Assembly: GCA_049999805.1 (NCBI GenBank)
Contig: JBNGIO010006237.1
Coordinates: forward strand, 98,671 to 118,670
From: Folioceros fuciformis
Lineage: Eukaryota
Length of the DNA: 20,000 nt
Direction: 5' to 3'
Positions within the stretch are counted from its first letter, which is position 1. Each line of letters starts with the position of its first letter. A model generated the notes under the pieces. The model searched no databases and had not been told where the DNA came from. It saw only the letters and a list, made by a program, of their open reading frames with translations. The translations under genes were made by a program, and so were the position numbers. Below, in pieces: positions 9,858-20,000 of the stretch.

Positions 9858-11914
9858 ATGGATTTGCTGAATTCCACTGCCAATGAGGTTCAACAAGGAG
9901 CTCGCGCACCGGAGACCAGCTTACTCTCAAATCCCCTTTCCATCTTTGCGGTCGCGGCCCTGCTGGCTCACGCAATTTTCCAATACATCTACTATTGCAA
10001 CGTCAAGGGACCCCGCGTGTGGCCATATTTCGGATCTGTTCACGGACTCTTTCTGAACGGGCACAGAGTTTACGATTGGATTGCCACGCTGCTTCTGCAG
10101 TACAGAGGAACTTACACGTTTGTAGTGCCAATTGTGCCTTCTTTGACGTCCATCGTCACTTGCGACCCTGATTGCCTCGAATACATTCTCAAGACTCGTT
10201 TCTGCAACTACCCTAAAGTAAGTTGCTTTGCGAGCTGTGTGATATTTCTGTCGCTTCTTGTTGCTTTCTGCTTTGTCAGCGAAGAACCTGCTGACAGACG
10301 GATCACTCCCTTGTTACAGGGCTCTAAATTCAGCTACGTGTTTCACCAACTGCTGGGTGATGGCATTTTCAACACCGACGGCGATCCCTGGAAGACGCAA
10401 CGAAAGACAGCCAGCCTTGAATTTAGTACCAAGGCGCTCCGGGAGCTTATGGTAAGCTCGGTTCGCACCGGTGTGCAGGAGAGGCTGCTGCCAGTCTTGG
10501 ACGGAGCTTGTCACCAAGAAACTACCATTGATCTCCAGGACGTCTTCTTAAGGTATTCTGCTTCCACCGGTCCTTGCTGTTGACACCCATATTGAGCACT
10601 TGCGGTTGACCGCAACGAAGATTTTTCCTTGGCGCTTCTTTGAATTTGACTAACCTAACTTGCCTGGGGCCTGACTGTTCTCTTCTTACAAATATATGCA
10701 GATACACGTTTGATAACATATGCATAGTAGCGTTCGGTGTAGATCCAGGGTGTCTCGCTCCAGGCCTTCCCTACGTCCCTTTTGCGACCTCGTTTGACGT
10801 TGTTACAGAAGCGACCTGCAAGAGGTTATTAACGCCTGAATGGCTGTGGAGGTTCAAAAGAGCTCTGGGCATCGGTATTGAGGGCAAGCTCAAGACTGCT
10901 CTGGTTGTTGTGGACAACTTTGCCAAAGATGTGATCGCAACCAGACGTAGGCAGCTACAGCTGGTTCAACCTGGAGAAGATGCAATTGATGTAGCGAAGT
11001 TTCCATCTTTGTTGTCAAGGCGGAGTGGGATAGATTCTCAGTTTCATCTACACGATTTGGTTCGTGCCGACACTCCGGCGAAACTGAACACCCGTGGCAA
11101 CTCCATGCCAGCCCACCCAAGTAGCTCTTTTGCTGATCTTCTCTCCAGGTTCATGCAGACCAAAGACTGTGAGGGGAAACCATACTCTGACTCCTTTCTC
11201 AGGGATGTTGCTACCAACTTTATCATCGCTGGGAGAGACACGTCAGCAGTTGCTCTCACATGGTTCTTCTGGCTACTAAGCAAGAACCCCGAAGTGGAGA
11301 AAAAGATCTTGGAGGAACTTGCTGGGGTGCTACGTAGCCGCACAGAAGAAGCGGAAGACGCAAAACCAGCAACCCTCGGAGGGCTGGCATCGGAGCCATT
11401 TACCTTCGACGAACTCAGGCGAATGCAGTATCTCCATGCTGCTCTTTCGGAATCCCTAAGGCTCTACCCCTCGGTGCCTCTGGACACTAAGTATGCTGCC
11501 GAGGACGATGTATTGCCAGATGGCACGAAAGTGCCGAAGGGCGGAAGAGTGGTGTACGCCATGTATGCTATGGGAAGGATGCCATTTATCTGGGGCCATG
11601 ATTGCCTGGATTTCAAGCCGGAAAGATGGCTAAGGAATGGAGTATTCACTGCAGAGAATCATTTCAAGTTCACTGCATTCAATGCCGGGCCCAGACTGTG
11701 CCTGGGCAAAGACCTGGGATACTTGCAGATGAAGGCTGTTTCCTCTGCAGTTCTTTGGAACTATAAAGTGGATATAGATCCTCGTCACCCAATAGACTAT
11801 AGGGTGTCGCTTACTCTTTTCATGAAGCATGGTTTGATGGTGAGATTGCAGAGGCGGTCGCCAGAGGACCTGGAAAGGCTCCTTGAAAAGAAAATGTGTC
11901 GAACTGGTCCTTAA
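9858..11914 (+). CDS. CYP86: Cytochrome P450, CYP86 clan (CYP86-like probable fatty-acid omega-hydroxylase), 3 exons, ~601 aa
   Basis: Exons 9858-10217, 10320-10552, 10702-11914 (GT-AG, 1806 nt). N-terminal TM followed by KGPRVWPYFGS, NYPKG, LLGDGIFNTDG, I-helix IIAGRDTS, K-helix ESLRLYP, KPERW and heme motif FNAGPRLCLGKDLGYLQMK. Clan assignment is firm. Family-level call and substrate are inference. Confidence 0.92.
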
Positions 11915-12674
11915 TCCAGTGTGACGGCACGTGCAGACCCTGAAATATGAAGTCAGTGACATGTTACATCCGTAGATTCTATTCCAACTGAAGGAGGTGA
12001 CCAGTGGATGGTACCTAGTAGTTGTCTTACATTAAGACATGGATGTACAAAGGTAGAAAGCGAAGGAATACGAAACAAAGTGTTCAGAGCATATACCAGT
12101 GGGTTTGCATGCTTCATCACCAGACTGTCATTTACATGACTCCATGAAATACCGTTTATAGGAGCAACGCAGGCCTGGCATGCTGCAACATCACCTCGAT
12201 TGTCTCGCCTGAGTACACCTGGATCTTGAACGGACCTCACCACACGTGCCACTGATGGATTGGACTACATGCAACATATCACCTCCTCGTACTCCTTTTT
12301 GACGAAATCCGTTCGCGGGTGAGACTGAGGACTCATTTTTGACGCTGAAGACGCTGTCCGATGGGACCCTCGTTCCATGGCCTGTTCCGTGTTCCAGCTT
12401 AGACACATTCGAGCGTTGTCTTCAGGTTTTGCTGGATGACCTGCCTTCCTATGGATGCTCTAGGAGCTTTACAAAATAATAGAATAGAATTTAGAAGAAA
12501 ATCGCAAAGATTCCAGCATCCTGCAATATTTTGTGCAAGTCACACAACCCGAGAGCTTTTTGGACTCCCCATCCCATGATTTACAACTGGGTATCCTCCG
12601 TGTGTGGATCAGACCGACAGCTCAGATGTCAAATAGGAGCAAATTGAAGCAAGGACAACCACCTCCTGATGGCC

Positions 12675-13494
12675 TTATAGGCTGGCATTAACTAACGTAA
12701 TGCATAGTAACACAGTTTGAATGTTATGCATCCTGGGAAGACGATGACAAAGAATGAATGGGACAAGACCTCTAGCGCCTAACGTCTCAATAACCAGTGT
12801 GAGCCACCACAGCACCCTAAACAGGGAAATTGATGTTAGCTCGTACATACCATGATGAATCGTGCAGTTCCCACAACACCATTCGGCTACCCTCCTCCAC
12901 CAGAATTCCACACTCATTGCGCAGTGTGTATATGTGAGTCTCCAGCACAAGCTGGCGTCCACTGTAGTATGGGTTGCCAATGTCCTTATTCCGATAGGAC
13001 AGCAGGAGTTCCAATGCAGCTTGGGCTCTCTTGAGGTCGCTCCCAACCAGATTGGCACATTGGCCATCCTTGCCGAGGGACAAATCCACAACGCCGGAGG
13101 GCGAAACTTGGGTCACCCGTTCCACTTGCACACCAAGGGACATCCTCTGTGTAATGAGTGTCTGCAGGTTGGCAGACAGCTGAGACATACTGCCACTGAC
13201 CAAGTTGTTGGTCAGATACTTGCTCCAGGTGACATCATCCGCGCACATCACGAGCATGGATTCCAGATCACAGAATTTGGTCAGTGCCTCACAGAAAAGT
13301 TGCCACCGGACTTGCAGGTAGCGGAACATTGCGTGCAGCTCCACAGCAGCGCGGAGCCGAACCACGGACATTTCACCGTATCTTGTGGGACTGTAACGTG
13401 GAAGAAATCTCTGACCTTCCTCGCCTGGGTCGGCATCGTCACCGTCCACAGGCCGTGAGCATCCTCGCAGCAGGTTGCGGAAAGCACCCTGCAT
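12675..13494 (-). CDS. Hypothetical protein (~230 aa), family not recognised
   Basis: ATG at 13494 opens a 644-nt exon ending at donor TG|GTATGT (12851/12850). A 118-bp intron to acceptor CTTCCCAG gives terminal exon 12732-12675 (233 aa). An alternative in-frame acceptor gives 12520-12469. Upstream there is a 5'UTR intron 13635-13509 (GTGAGT...TTTGCAG) and TATAAA at 13844-13839. Confidence 0.6.
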
Positions 13495-13838
13495 ACTTTG
13501 AACCTAGCCTGCAAATGCCCGCAGTGATTGCTAACAGGCACAAGGTGACCAGATACAACACCTATTTGAGGAAGTATGATCTGTCAGAGAACGAAGCTCT
13601 GCGAACAACCCACACGGTTACGTAAAACGACTCACATTGCAGCACACATCCTCTACACTAAACGAGATCGCAAGCTGCTCGATCCACAGACTGCTGTAAC
13701 GCTATCTTCGGCAATGGATGTTACATATTGCTCCTCCTCAGAAAGTTCTGCTGGCAATTTCGTCTTCAAGCGGACACCCGAATTGGAAAAGAAGGGAAGA
13801 GTGATACGGTTGTCAGAGTTCTCTGACTGATGAGACGA

Positions 13839-13844
13839 TTTATA
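13839..13844 (-). promoter_or_regulatory. TATA box of the hypothetical gene
   Basis: Perfect TATAAA on minus, followed about 40 nt later by a CT-rich tract, then the 5'UTR intron and the ATG. Confidence 0.45.
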
Positions 13845-14311
13845 TCGTCCGCTTGTCTTCTTCGGTACAGCACACTGCCACAGGGCGACAGTGCAGAGCA
13901 CAACGACCCGCCGAGCGCGCAACACTATTAATTGCGTCTCCTTCTGACAACTTTACAGTGGCACATGCCTCTCGTGCTATTGCGATCGAGAAACAGCACG
14001 GAATTTTCGCCGTCACTTCAATTCAGATCAAAATAATCGACAAATTTCACTGTTCCGATTTCAGTGATTCATCTCTACCTTAAATGTCTACTGCTTATTT
14101 GCTTGGATAACTATGTCGTGGAGTGTCAGCCTCCCACTCTTGCATCAGATTTGCCTAGTCCAAAGCCCTGACGCTTCTCAACACCTCAGATGGCTAGAGT
14201 TAACGAAAGAGGTACCACAGACCAATTTGACCTTCCCATACTAACTAGTGCTGCAATGCCTTGCCCGGAAATAGATGCTAGGCACGCGGGAGCAGACTGT
14301 CAATTGACAGC

Positions 14312-16291
14312 CTATTGCTGAGCGCACTGCACTCTCGGCCCAGATCCTTCTTCATCTTCCTCATAGGCTTCAGCTTGCTGCGCTTGCTGTTTCCTCCTCA
14401 TTTCATCCTCTATATTCACATCGTGCAGAGTTGTCTCCTCACATTCATCGATCTCCATATCCGTCATCTGCTCGGATGACCTAGCAGGCAGAATTGATTC
14501 CAGAAGGCTGGTTTGCTCTGGAGTCAAAGACTCCGGAAACTCCACATTGAAATGCAGATACAATTTGCCCTTCATGAAAGGCCTCTGATGTTGAGGCATA
14601 CCCTCATCATTGATTGCCTTAAATTGGCCTGCATCACAGGGCAGAGTAAACAGATCAGATCACATGCCTCTGAAAAACTATCAACAATCCGTAGGGAGAG
14701 CACACCATACCCGGCTTGATGACCTCGCAAGGGTTGGACTTTATGAGCAATTGCCTGCCGTCCAGATGGGTAAGAGCAAATTGGAAGCCACATAGGGCCT
14801 CGGTGAGGGATAAGGTATGCTCGACGAAGAGATCATCCCCCTTCCTCTTAAACTTTGGATGGTCTTTAAGTTGCAATACAAAGACGATATCTCCAGTTTG
14901 CGTGTCGGGCTGCAGCCAAGTAGAAACCAACAGGTTGCTGAGTATAAATTCAGTGATGCCAACATTGACGAAGATAAACTCCTCAGACATGAGACACACA
15001 GGAAAGGCCCACAAATCTTACAGCTTCGTCAGCTTCCCCTGCGAAAGTGATCTTTTGACCGTGTTGCATTCCTTTCTCGACATGAACTTCCAACATCTTC
15101 TTGTCCTGGACAACTTTTTGCCCTTTACACTGCGAACACTTGTCCTTTTCACTGATCGTCTCCCCTGCATCCCCGAAAAAAGATTCGGCAATCGGTCACG
15201 GATCCATACACGGAAAACGAACATACTGACACACGGAACAAGAGGATCACTCACCAGAGCCTTTACAGTCAGTGCACACATGTTGCATCTGCTGGATCAT
15301 GTTGGGGCCAAGCTGGCGGATAGACACTTTCATGCCAGAACCCTGGCATCCGACACAACGACTAGACGCACCAGTCTTGGATCCCTTCCTGGAATCGAAG
15401 AACACACCATAATGGTCATACTTGTCAGCACAGACGTCGGGCATCCTAGACCAACAAACCACCCAGTCCTTGAAGAACACGTTGGTGTCAAATCACCTAC
15501 CCCTTGCACTTTGGGCACAGCACATTCCTAGACAGTGACAGCTTCTTCGAGGTACCATTGTAAAGGTCCTCCAGCGAGACCTTCAGGGGATGCACCACAT
15601 CTTCACCTCTCCGCTGCCTGCTACGACCTCCTCTTCCTCCACCACCAGAGAATTCTGCAGGAAATACAAGAGGAGGACGAACGATACTCAGCTCCATTCC
15701 TTGGACTACATTTGTCACATAACCACGCCAGAGATTTACTGCTGCTCAATTACAAGTGATCCCAAAAACCGGAGTTATGTTCAAGTACCTCCAAATGGAT
15801 GCCCTCCGCTTCCGAAAAAGGATTCAAAAATATCGAATGGATTGTGAGAGCCACCACCTCCGCCCATTCCTTCCTTAATAGCGTCTTCACCATATTGGTC
15901 GTATATTTCCCTTTTCTCAGGATCACTGAGGACTTCGTAGGCTTGTGCGAGCTCCTTGAACTGAAAGAAGGAATAGAATTGCATGAGTCTTAATCCACTG
16001 ATTCACCCCAAAGTAGGCGATGTTGAAGGCAGCCCAGGGCGACGACCACAACCTCCACAAGCCATACCACTATCACAGCAAGAAACCCTACAGGCGCATA
16101 GTCAAACAGACGGCACGCAGACAGCTTCCCAAGTATACCTTCTCCGGGTCACCACCCTTGTCGGGATGATTCTTAATTGCGGCCTTGCGATATGCTTTCT
16201 TCAGCTCCTCCTGCGACGCGGTCTTCGAAACACCTAACACATCATAATACCGCGTGCTGTCGCCCTTCTTCGTTGGCATACGCCCAAACAT
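14312..16291 (-). CDS. DNAJ: Type I (class A) cytosolic DnaJ/Hsp40, AtJ2/AtJ3/Ydj1-like, 7 exons, 423 aa
   Basis: Exons (minus): 16291-16139, 15960-15789, 15654-15501, 15388-15255, 15164-15022, 14909-14711, 14628-14312. All GT-AG, 1272 nt. J domain with HPD ([27 protein letters not shown]), G/F region, four zinc-finger repeats (CPKCKG, CVGCQG, CTDCKG, CSQCKG) and C-terminal CaaX CAQQ. Confidence 0.98.
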
Positions 16292-16863
16292 GGTGCCCGA
16301 CTTCCGGTACACCAGTCAACGACAGCCGAAGGAGCCTGAGGACGAAATCCTGCCACACGCGAAGTCGCAGGGTTAGGGCATAAGGCTCGACACCGGCAGA
16401 CGCGTTTCCCCTGAATCACCCCAATATCGAGAGCGAAGCACGGCTTTGCACATGGATCTGCCAGCAGACAGACTTCCCAATCCCCGTGATGGCATCATGA
16501 TCAGCAATCGACTCCCAACAAAGACAGCGAGCACAGGAGAGGAATTTGGTAGCCTACCGCGAGACCCGGACCAATATCTCAGCAAGACCCTGACACTAAG
16601 AAGGGCGCCAACACAGTGCTGGTACCAAAACGCTAGGCAGGAAAAGGTCCGAGCCGTGCCAGAAGGAGAGGAGCTGAACAGGCCGGGGCCGCACCAGAGG
16701 TCATAGGGAGACAGCTGGGCAAACTCGGACTTGCAGTGGCTTTCTCACAATCCTTCTCTTGAGGAGGGGCAAAGGAAAGATCGAGAGAAGAGAGAAGTAA
16801 GAGAGAGGAGAGGCTCACCTTCGAGGCGACGTTACGGGCTGGCAACGGAGAAAGGGCAGGAGC

Positions 16864-16949
16864 ATCTAGAAGGGTCGCTGCCCGCGAACCACTCCAGCCA
16901 TCCGATGGAAGCATCGGACGGTGGTAATGCATGCAGGAAGGGCCTAGAA
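16864..16949. promoter_or_regulatory. Imperfect heat-shock-element-like nGAAn arrays upstream of DnaJ
   Basis: ATCtaGAAggGTC (16864-16876) and GAAggGCCtaGAA (16937-16949) keep 5-bp nGAAn/nTTCn phasing but are degenerate. Their position upstream of an Hsp40 is consistent. Confidence 0.3.
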
Positions 16950-17236
16950 GCTGCTACTGGTCACCAGACAATATTTAACTGGCTCTGCCGCAACTAATTT
17001 ATGATTTCCAAATTTAGGAGTTAATTGTCCGTAAGTTTTACTCTTCCTTCTGAGTCCAGTCTCCCGGGACTGGACCCCGGTGTAAAGCGGGAGGATTAAG
17101 GACTGAGCTCTTCATTTTAAATATATATATACAAATCATTATTAAAACTCTTTTGAATAGAGATCCATTAAATTAATAGTTGAATATTTTAGCACATGTT
17201 GCAAAACTTTCTAAAGAACTTGAGCCTGATGTTGGC

Positions 17237-17322
17237 GGAAGTCCATGGGTTCAAGTGGTCCAGGAAAGAAATATGCAAAGGAAGTCCATGGGTGTAAGTG
17301 GTTATGGGAAGAAATATGTAAA
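17237..17322. repeat. 43-bp tandem duplication (2 copies, 36/43 identical)
   Basis: ggaagtccatgggttcaagtggtccaggaaagaaatatgcaaa / ggaagtccatgggtgtaagtggttatgggaagaaatatgtaaa. Confidence 0.9.
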
Positions 17323-17344
17323 GGACAAAAACATGGTACATTGT

Positions 17345-18480
17345 TAGGAGGCTTGCATTCTTGGAGGTGGTGAAAGCAAACTACGTTAAATATACATACT
17401 GCTCTAATGCTTCATTCTAAGAACTAATGTATGCTCAAAGAAGACCTTCAATGATTTGAATAGCTTAGTCCATGGCTCCATCAATGTTGGAGTAGTTTGT
17501 AGATAAACATTGTTTAGTTTGTACCCTGCCATGAAGTAAATGGGTCTAGATCACTTACTATGTTGTGGGCAACCCATGGAGTATATAGACAATTAGAAAG
17601 GTAGATCTCAAATGCATCCATGGTTGAGCACGTTTGCATAGTTTGGATTCAGTGGATCATCCTCATAAGTTTGTATCTAAACAAATAGATTGCATTGCAT
17701 CCATTGCATTGCGAGGTCAAAAGTACCCACATGGAAGCAAGGGAATTAGCATAAGCTACAGTAGACTAAGCACTTTAGTATGGGGTGCTTTGATAAATTG
17801 ATACATGTCACAAAGATGGATCCAAGTAATGATGTCCTCTACCATTCTTAGCCTTTGATATAACAAGTACAAGCTGTAAATTGTGCGCTAAATGCATTGA
17901 TGCCTTGTCAAGGAAGTTTTATGAGCCACCTAGAACAATCTAAGATAAACATGTCGCAATAAAGGGACATGAAGTCTATCTTATGAATTAAGGAGATTGA
18001 TGATGTGATTGAGTCCACGCAAATTCAGTATGATATCTACAACTTTCAATTGGCATCCTTATTGATAGGATCAATGGTTCAAGTTATAAGCAACTCATCC
18101 ATCCAAGTTACCTTGACACTAATATTAAAGACAGCATCTAGGAAGAAAGAGATTTCAACTATAAACCTTGTTTTTTTGCATATGGCAATCTTTAATATCA
18201 AATCCAAACACACAACCAACTAAGTAGTTATAGTTGTTAAACGAGACACAACATCAACCACATGACTTCATTCACTTGAAAAGTGTTCAAGTAGAAAGTT
18301 GCATTGTTAGAAGTGCTCAAGCTGGAGAGCTCTTTCATACTTAGATATGCTTAAGTTTGAACATGCTTTAGTAGCTCGTGATCTAGCTCCAAAAGACATA
18401 GGATGCCTTCTAGGCACCATTGCCATGTCATAAAAGCTAAAGCACTTTTTAATTAGAAAAAATAAGATGGCAAACTCATC
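17345..18480 (-). mobile_element. Decayed Ty3/gypsy LTR-retrotransposon pol relic (RNase H end, Zn-binding domain, integrase core); ends approximate
   Basis: Minus-strand translation gives collinear degenerate motifs with stops and frameshifts: WQWCLEG...LDHELLKH (~18427-18363; cf WRHYLxG...TDHxxLxY), VVDVVSR (18261-18241; cf VADALSR), RLHVP...AHKTSLTRH (cf RLxVP...AH...GH), EDIITWIHLCDMYQFIKAPHTKVLSLL*LMLIP (17839-17741; cf DVxxYVxxCxxCQxxK...GLLQPLPIP), LHGLP/IVSDLDPFTS (17581-17533; cf LHGxPxxIVSDRDxxFTS), STNYSNIDG (17503-17477; cf STAYHPQTDG). RNaseH before integrase is the gypsy domain order. Confidence 0.85.
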
Positions 18481-18850
18481 TACACGTAAAGAGGTGAGAT
18501 AAATCACCAAAAGTGGCAAATAGTAAAGGCTAGCCACTTGAAACTATGTGTCTAAAACACTATGTGTTGATCAACAAGACTTCACACTTCACTCATTGTA
18601 TGAGAGCTTCTATTTCTATAACCTAAATAAAATATGTGGTAATGAAGTAATATTCTTCTAGATGAATGTCTCATGTCAATAAACCAACACCCCTTCGTAA
18701 TTAAATCATGTAGAGTGTTATTCATCAATTGCTTGAAACTAATGAGAACATTAACCAAACCAAAACTATCGACTAACTACTCATAGTGCTCATCCCTTAT
18801 GTCAAAATTTATCTTCTTACAACATCATGAGTAATAGAAATTTAGTTTTC

Positions 18851-18890
18851 GTGGTATCCAATGGTTAGATGTGGTATCTAATCGTTAGAT
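18851..18890. repeat. 20-bp tandem duplication (18/20 identical), partly palindromic
   Basis: gtggtatccaatggttagat / gtggtatctaatcgttagat. The second copy contains the inverted repeat atctaa-tcg-ttagat. Confidence 0.85.
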
Positions 18891-19043
18891 CCTACGTCGT
18901 GAACCATTTGTTGGAAATAAACCCCGTTAGGGTTACCGTTTGGTTTATTTCATAATTAAGCGAATAGCCACTTAGCGAATAGTCAGACCTTTCAGGAAAA
19001 CACTTTATGTATTTCCTGGAACAAACACACAAAAACTCTGATA

Positions 19044-19058
19044 TGGTATCAGAGCCAG
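19044..19058 (+). other. Primer binding site complementary to the initiator tRNA-Met 3' end
   Basis: TGGTATCAGAGCCAG, a 15-nt match to the canonical plant iMet PBS. Confidence 0.95.
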
Positions 19059-19690
19059 CAACCTTAATCACCTTCTGCTTTGATAACAATGAAGAGAAGG
19101 CACTCGCATGGTCTTTGGACCTAGCCGCTCTCTTCAGGAGAGCACCTAGCGCCTAAGGGGACCAGAAAATGTTCTTGCTTCGACCGCGGCGTTGAAGATG
19201 TGTCCCATTTCTGCGAATCAACGGGCGGTTGGTCCCTTCTGACATCTAGGACATACGGCGAATCCAGGCATTTGTCTTGTTGCAGCGTGTTGCTGGGGTT
19301 CGTGTGTGCCGGTTTTCAGTCTTCAGAAGATGTTTCCTACCAAACGCGCCTCGCTACCTGCTGGTGCTGTTGATGGACAATTCTTCCAAGAAAATTCCCA
19401 ACAGACGCGACGGTTGGCGACAGGCGCCCACTCCTGCACATGAACCCAAGTGTTTGGATCTTCCGCACTGTCTGCAGATGAGCAAATCTGTCAACGGAGA
19501 CGATTAGCTCAGTGCGATTGTTCATCGTCCGCAGCTAAGTCACCCCCGAAGACGGTTTTGCCCATCTGCTGTCTCGGCGTTGTCGATTTTCAGGCTCTGC
19601 TTGTTTCTTCCTGAGGTTACAACTGTGAGATTGTCGGCCTGATCAACCGACATCTCTCCTTTTGCCCTCTCAATCTAACAATCAGACAGC

Positions 19691-20000
19691 ATGTCAGTCG
19701 AGCGCCGACGTGGAGGGACCAACGGTTTCGATGCAGGAGGAGGAGGAGGAGGAGGCGGAGAAGGAGGAAGCGGAAGTGCGGGAGGCACTCCAGACAGTTC
19801 TCCCCCACCGACTCCTTCTCCCGTCTTACCTCAGCCTACTTATGCCGCTGAATTCAAAGAGCGTGATCGCTTCAATGGTACCAAGTTCGAAAGCTGGCGT
19901 GTCCGTATGACTGCAGCTCTGCAAGCAAGACATGTGTGGGGTGTGGTGGATGGAACAATTACGAAGCCATCAATAACTTCCACATCAGAGGAGAAAGGAA
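19691..20000 (+). CDS. gag: Copia gag(-pol) N-terminus, 3'-truncated by window end (not in ORF track)
   Basis: Open from ATG 19691 to the end: MSVERRRGGTNGFDAGGGGGGGGEGGSGSAGGTPDSSPPPTPSPVLPQPTYAAEFKERDRFNGTKFESWRVRMTAALQARHVWGVVDGTITKP... The FNGxxFxxWxxxMxxxLxxxxxWxVVDGT pattern is the DUF4219-type copia gag N-terminus. Confidence 0.88.
   Translation, partial: MSVERRRGGTNGFDAGGGGGGGGEGGSGSAGGTPDSSPPPTPSPVLPQPTYAAEFKERDRFNGTKFESWRVRMTAALQARHVWGVVDGTITKPSITSTSEEKG

Larger units (their letters stand above)
18909..20000 (+). mobile_element. 5' portion of a Ty1/copia LTR retrotransposon (continues beyond window)
   Basis: Candidate ~135-bp 5' LTR starting TGTTGGAAAT at 18909 (start inferred), tRNA-iMet PBS at 19044, ~630-nt leader, then gag ORF from 19691. 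Confidence 0.88.

Noticed and set aside
12862..13458. 198-aa plus-strand ORF
   Set aside because: Antisense shadow of the minus-strand exon, with a non-ATG start and no splice or promoter support.
13653..13925. 90-aa minus-strand ORF as first coding exon of the orphan gene
   Set aside because: GTG start, spans the TATA box and stops before the 13635 donor. Better explained as promoter/5'UTR.
14716..15531. 271-aa plus-strand ORF
   Set aside because: Antisense to DnaJ exons, non-ATG start and no motifs.
622..16291. Functional gene cluster (NADPH supply from G6PD, P450 and chaperone)
   Set aside because: The products act in different compartments (plastid, ER, cytosol) and are unrelated housekeeping families. 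Adjacency is expected in a compact genome.
17054..17075. GC-rich hairpin GTCCAGTC-tcccgg-GACTGGAC as a Helitron 3' end
   Set aside because: No CTRR terminus at the expected distance on either strand.
17237..17322. CRISPR-like array
   Set aside because: Two abutting copies without spacers in eukaryotic TE-rich DNA.

Overview
Gene-dense eukaryotic DNA from a land plant. Short GT-AG introns (65-180 bp), roughly balanced GC in genes and very small intergenic gaps suggest a compact bryophyte/lycophyte-type genome (taxon is inference). Manual exon assembly supports four intact conserved genes: plastid-type glucose-6-phosphate dehydrogenase (-, 622-3279), GPI transamidase subunit PIG-S (-, 3502-6502), a CYP86-clan P450 (+, 9858-11914) and a farnesylated type-I DnaJ (-, 14312-16291). 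There is also a tRNA-Arg(UCG) (+, 6606-6679) and one gene-like locus I cannot assign (-, ~12675-13494). After ~17 kb the sequence turns AT-rich. It holds a heavily decayed Ty3/gypsy RNaseH-integrase relic (-) that the ORF track misses, then the 5' end of a Ty1/copia element (short LTR, tRNA-iMet PBS, gag) running off the window. I see no convincing new multi-gene system. The best leads are the orphan gene, the 222-nt PIG-S/G6PD junction, the tRNA overlapping the PIG-S upstream frame, the atypical copia LTR/PBS junction and an unexplained 2-kb block at 7-9 kb.
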